A stretch of DNA of 64,000 nt, from contig JAHQWH010000015.1 in assembly GCA_029856105.1 (NCBI GenBank), positions 64,001 through 128,000 of the forward strand. The letters run 5' to 3'. Made by a program: the position numbers and the translations under genes. Shown piece by piece: positions 61,195-64,000 of the stretch. The first letter of the stretch is position 1. Every line of letters begins with the position of its first letter. This DNA is from Promethearchaeia archaeon (GTDB lineage: Archaea > Asgardarchaeota > Lokiarchaeia > Sigyniarchaeales > SOKP01). The notes below the pieces were generated by a model that did not search any database, was not told the DNA's origin, and saw only the letters and a program-made list of their open reading frames with translations.

Positions 61195-62376
61195 ATGGTA
61201 GAAATTGATAAAAGTCTCATGGGAAAAGATGTTTTGCAATTAGCATTTGATAACTGTATCCGTTGTTCTACGTGTAAATATTCTTATAAGGGTTTCGAGC
61301 CTTCGTGTCCTTCGGGAGAGAAGTTTTTATTCGAATCGTATTGGGCATCTGGGAAAATAAGAATAATAAGAGGAGTCGTAACCGGCGAATTGGAATGGTC
61401 TGAGGATTTAAAAGACGCTATTTTTGCTTGTCCAACTTGTGGGGCTTGTATGGACGCTTGTCAAGCGCCTCACGCCGATTACATCGTAGATATGATAGAA
61501 GCTTTAAGAGAATTAGCTGTAAAACATATTGGGCCAGCTAAAAACCAAGAACTTCTGGTTTCTCGTTGCGAAGAGAATTATAATCCTTATGGAGAGCCTA
61601 ACTCTGATAATGAAGAATTGAAAAAACAATATGACTTACCAGATAAAGCAGATTGGGTTTATTATATTGGATGTACTTCTAATTACCGCCAACAAAGTTT
61701 AAGGGACTCAACCTTAAGATTCCTAAAAAAAAGCGGTATAAATTTCACTTTAATAGACGAACATTGTTGTACGAGCCCTATGATTCGAACTGGGCAACTT
61801 AGCTTTGTTAAAGATTACATGAGCTATAATATCGCTCAAATTAAAAATACCGGCGCTACTAAAGTTATTACTTCATGTGCGGGTTGTTATAGAACATTTA
61901 AGAAAGATTTCGAAAAGTTTGGCGAAGAATACGATTTTGAAGTATTCCACTCTTTAGAATTAGTAAAACAACTATTAGACGATAACAGATTAAAATTTAA
62001 ATCGGAGTATAATAAAACAGTGACTTATCACGACCCTTGTCATCTTGGAAGGCATATGGGTGTTTACGAACTTCCTAGAGCGATTTACAAGCAAATCCCA
62101 GGGTTAAAGTTAGTAGAAATGAGAAGGAATAGGAATTTTGCTTGGTGTTGCGGCGCTGGAGGTGGCGTAAAAATTGGGTACCCTGAATGGTCTGTAGAAA
62201 TATCAAAAGAACGCCTTGAAGAAGCGAAGGAGACCGAAGCAACGGTAATATCGTCAGTATGTCCCTTTTGTAGGACGAATTTAAGCGATGCAAACGAACA
62301 TTATAACTTCGATTTTGAAGTATTAGATTTAATGGAAATTTTAGATCAGATTGAAATCAATGTTTTAAACAGATAA
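61195..62376 (+). CDS. Fe-S oxidoreductase with CCG domains (GlcF/HdrD-like), copy 2
   Basis: CIRCSTC, CPTCGACMDAC, YYIGC, SCAGC, YHDPCHLGR, CCGAGGG, CPFC. Confidence 0.9.
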   Translation: MVEIDKSLMGKDVLQLAFDNCIRCSTCKYSYKGFEPSCPSGEKFLFESYWASGKIRIIRGVVTGELEWSEDLKDAIFACPTCGACMDACQAPHADYIVDMIEALRELAVKHIGPAKNQELLVSRCEENYNPYGEPNSDNEELKKQYDLPDKADWVYYIGCTSNYRQQSLRDSTLRFLKKSGINFTLIDEHCCTSPMIRTGQLSFVKDYMSYNIAQIKNTGATKVITSCAGCYRTFKKDFEKFGEEYDFEVFHSLELVKQLLDDNRLKFKSEYNKTVTYHDPCHLGRHMGVYELPRAIYKQIPGLKLVEMRRNRNFAWCCGAGGGVKIGYPEWSVEISKERLEEAKETEATVISSVCPFCRTNLSDANEHYNFDFEVLDLMEILDQIEINVLNR

Positions 62377-62406
62377 TAATAATAATAAAAAAGTTATTTT
62401 AATTTT

Positions 62407-62694
62407 TTATAAATCCTTAGGAATGATTCCTAGTGTAAATAAAGAAAACGAAGAGAAGAGAACATACAACGTTGGCAAGAGAATATAAAGAAAACCGAGA
62501 AATCCTATCATACCCATAAACATCAATCTATGTCCTCTTTTTTTAGGATTTTGGGGATTATAAGGGATAAACACTAAGAATATCAAGAGAAATAATAAAA
62601 ATAGGTAATATAATGGATAGTAGATAGAACCTATGAACCCAAGCCATCCTAAATGAGTTAACCAGCCAAGTGGATTTAGTTTCACGCAATACAC
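62407..62694 (-). CDS. Small membrane protein with two G-x-L/I-G-F-L/I-G repeats
   Basis: LGWLGFIG and GMIGFLGFL, each followed by a hydrophobic stretch. Start position uncertain. Confidence 0.6.
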   Translation of the reverse strand: MYCVKLNPLGWLTHLGWLGFIGSIYYPLYYLFLLFLLIFLVFIPYNPQNPKKRGHRLMFMGMIGFLGFLYILLPTLYVLFSSFSLFTLGIIPKDL

Positions 62695-62982
62695 CTTTTA
62701 TTTGTAACTAATTGAATTTGTTTTAAATTTATTACTATTTAATATTTTCTGTTTAAGAAAGTTTACCATATTAATTCCTCTTTTATTGATTATTTATTTT
62801 AAATTATGATGGAAATCATAGATCAATTAGATATTGAAATTGAGAAGTAAAAATAAAGGGAATTATCAATTTTCCTTAATTTTATCTAAAATTACTTTTT
62901 AGTAAAAACTTTATAAACTAATTTAGCAAATCTAATAGTAATAATTGATTTTGAAGAGAGAGATCGTATAAGGGTGTATAAT

Positions 62983-64000
62983 ATGGAATTAGAAGATGAA
63001 AGATTTTCGGAAGACGAAAACCTATGGGAAGAACATAAGATTCCATTAACTTATGATCAAGAGAGTATGACAGAATGGTTTAATGAAAAAAGAGGGGGAA
63101 TTAAAGGAAGAGCAGATGTCTTCTATCTTATGTTTGGTATAACGTACAATTGTCAACTTAAATGTCCACATTGTTGCGTGGGTAATTATAAAAATGAGCC
63201 ACGTCGAGAACTTTCGACGGATGAAATTAAAGACATATTAGATCAATCTGCTAAAGCTTTTGTGGTCAACTTCTTTGGGGGTGAACCAACCATGAGAGCA
63301 GATATAATGGAATTAATAAAGTACGCTTCAGAAAGAGCTGTGTACGTATTTTGTGATACAAATGGATTAAAAATCACGAAGGATTTTGCAAGACAATTAA
63401 AGGATAGCGGTTTAGAAATGCTTTATGTTAGCATCGATAGTCCAATTCCAGAAAAACACGACCAATTGCGCGGAATGAAAGGAGTATATAATAAAGCCGT
63501 TCAAGGTATAAAAAATGCGCTTGAAGTAAGACTAAAATGTACTCTTTCTACTTATGTAACCAAAGAAACTCTAGCTAACGGTGAATTTGAAGATGTAATC
63601 AAATTAGCAAGAGAGTTAGGTGCAAATGGAGTAAGATATTTATTACCTACCCCAGCTGGTAGATGGTTATACAATCCTGAGGTAAAATTGACGCCTCAAG
63701 AAGAGAGAAAAGTTAGAAAAATTGCGAAATTTCCATTTGTATGTAGAGATTTTTATTTTCAAACTCAAAGTTCAAGTCAATGCAGGGGAATAGCAGATAA
63801 AGTGTATTTTTATATTTCGCCCTATGGAGATGTCCAACCTTGCTGCTTCATGCCACTTACTTTCGGAAATACTAGGGAAGAACCTCTAAAAACAATTTTA
63901 GAAAGAATGTGGGGGCATCCAATGATGTGCGAATCTTGGACAAAAAAAGAATGCCCGATGTTAAACGAAGAATTCAGGAGCAAATATATAGAGACTATTC
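62983..64000 (+). CDS. Radical SAM protein with SPASM/twitch-like C-terminus; runs off the window end (absent from the ORF track)
   Basis: Manual translation from ATG 62983 gives ITYNCQLKCPHC, FFGGEP, TNG, VSIDS..PEKHD.LRG, C.G, YISPYGDVQPC. No stop before 64000. Confidence 0.9.
   Translation, partial: MELEDERFSEDENLWEEHKIPLTYDQESMTEWFNEKRGGIKGRADVFYLMFGITYNCQLKCPHCCVGNYKNEPRRELSTDEIKDILDQSAKAFVVNFFGGEPTMRADIMELIKYASERAVYVFCDTNGLKITKDFARQLKDSGLEMLYVSIDSPIPEKHDQLRGMKGVYNKAVQGIKNALEVRLKCTLSTYVTKETLANGEFEDVIKLARELGANGVRYLLPTPAGRWLYNPEVKLTPQEERKVRKIAKFPFVCRDFYFQTQSSSQCRGIADKVYFYISPYGDVQPCCFMPLTFGNTREEPLKTILERMWGHPMMCESWTKKECPMLNEEFRSKYIETI

Noticed and set aside
272-62293. The many 60-150 aa ORFs overlapping larger genes on the opposite strand or in another frame (e.g. 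24542..24994, 36259..36633, 55180..55464)
   Set aside because: They are shadows of well-supported genes and have no motifs of their own.

Overview
AT-rich, gene-dense archaeal chromosomal segment. The gene content and protein styles point to an Asgard archaeon, probably Lokiarchaeia: longin-like C-terminal domains, a Loki-CTERM-like sorting tail, an SDS22-like LRR protein, and Fwd/Hdr/Mvh/Fae C1-metabolism genes. This placement is inferred, not verified. Energy and C1 genes are hdrA (5'-truncated), mvhD-fwdG/F-fwdD-fwdB-fwdC-fdhD, an internally duplicated mvhG with hdrC-hdrB, a 2-oxoacid:ferredoxin oxidoreductase, a 2-hydroxyacyl-CoA dehydratase with activator, and two FAD-oxidoreductase/CCG Fe-S pairs. 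The window also has an intein-containing class II ribonucleotide reductase and tRNA/RNA-processing genes. No rRNA, tRNA, CRISPR array or transposase was seen. The best candidates for undescribed systems are three. (1) A duplicated three-part membrane/left-handed-beta-helix module (A,B,C then AB-fusion,C') that resembles a split version of the poly-amino-acid synthetase (Pls) terminal region, with no NRPS partner in the window. (2) A DapA-family aldolase fused to formaldehyde-activating enzyme, next to an unknown 430-aa protein. (3) Tandem paralogs joining a degenerate PD-(D/E)XK-like domain to a longin-like domain. All family assignments come from motif recognition by eye; no searches were run.
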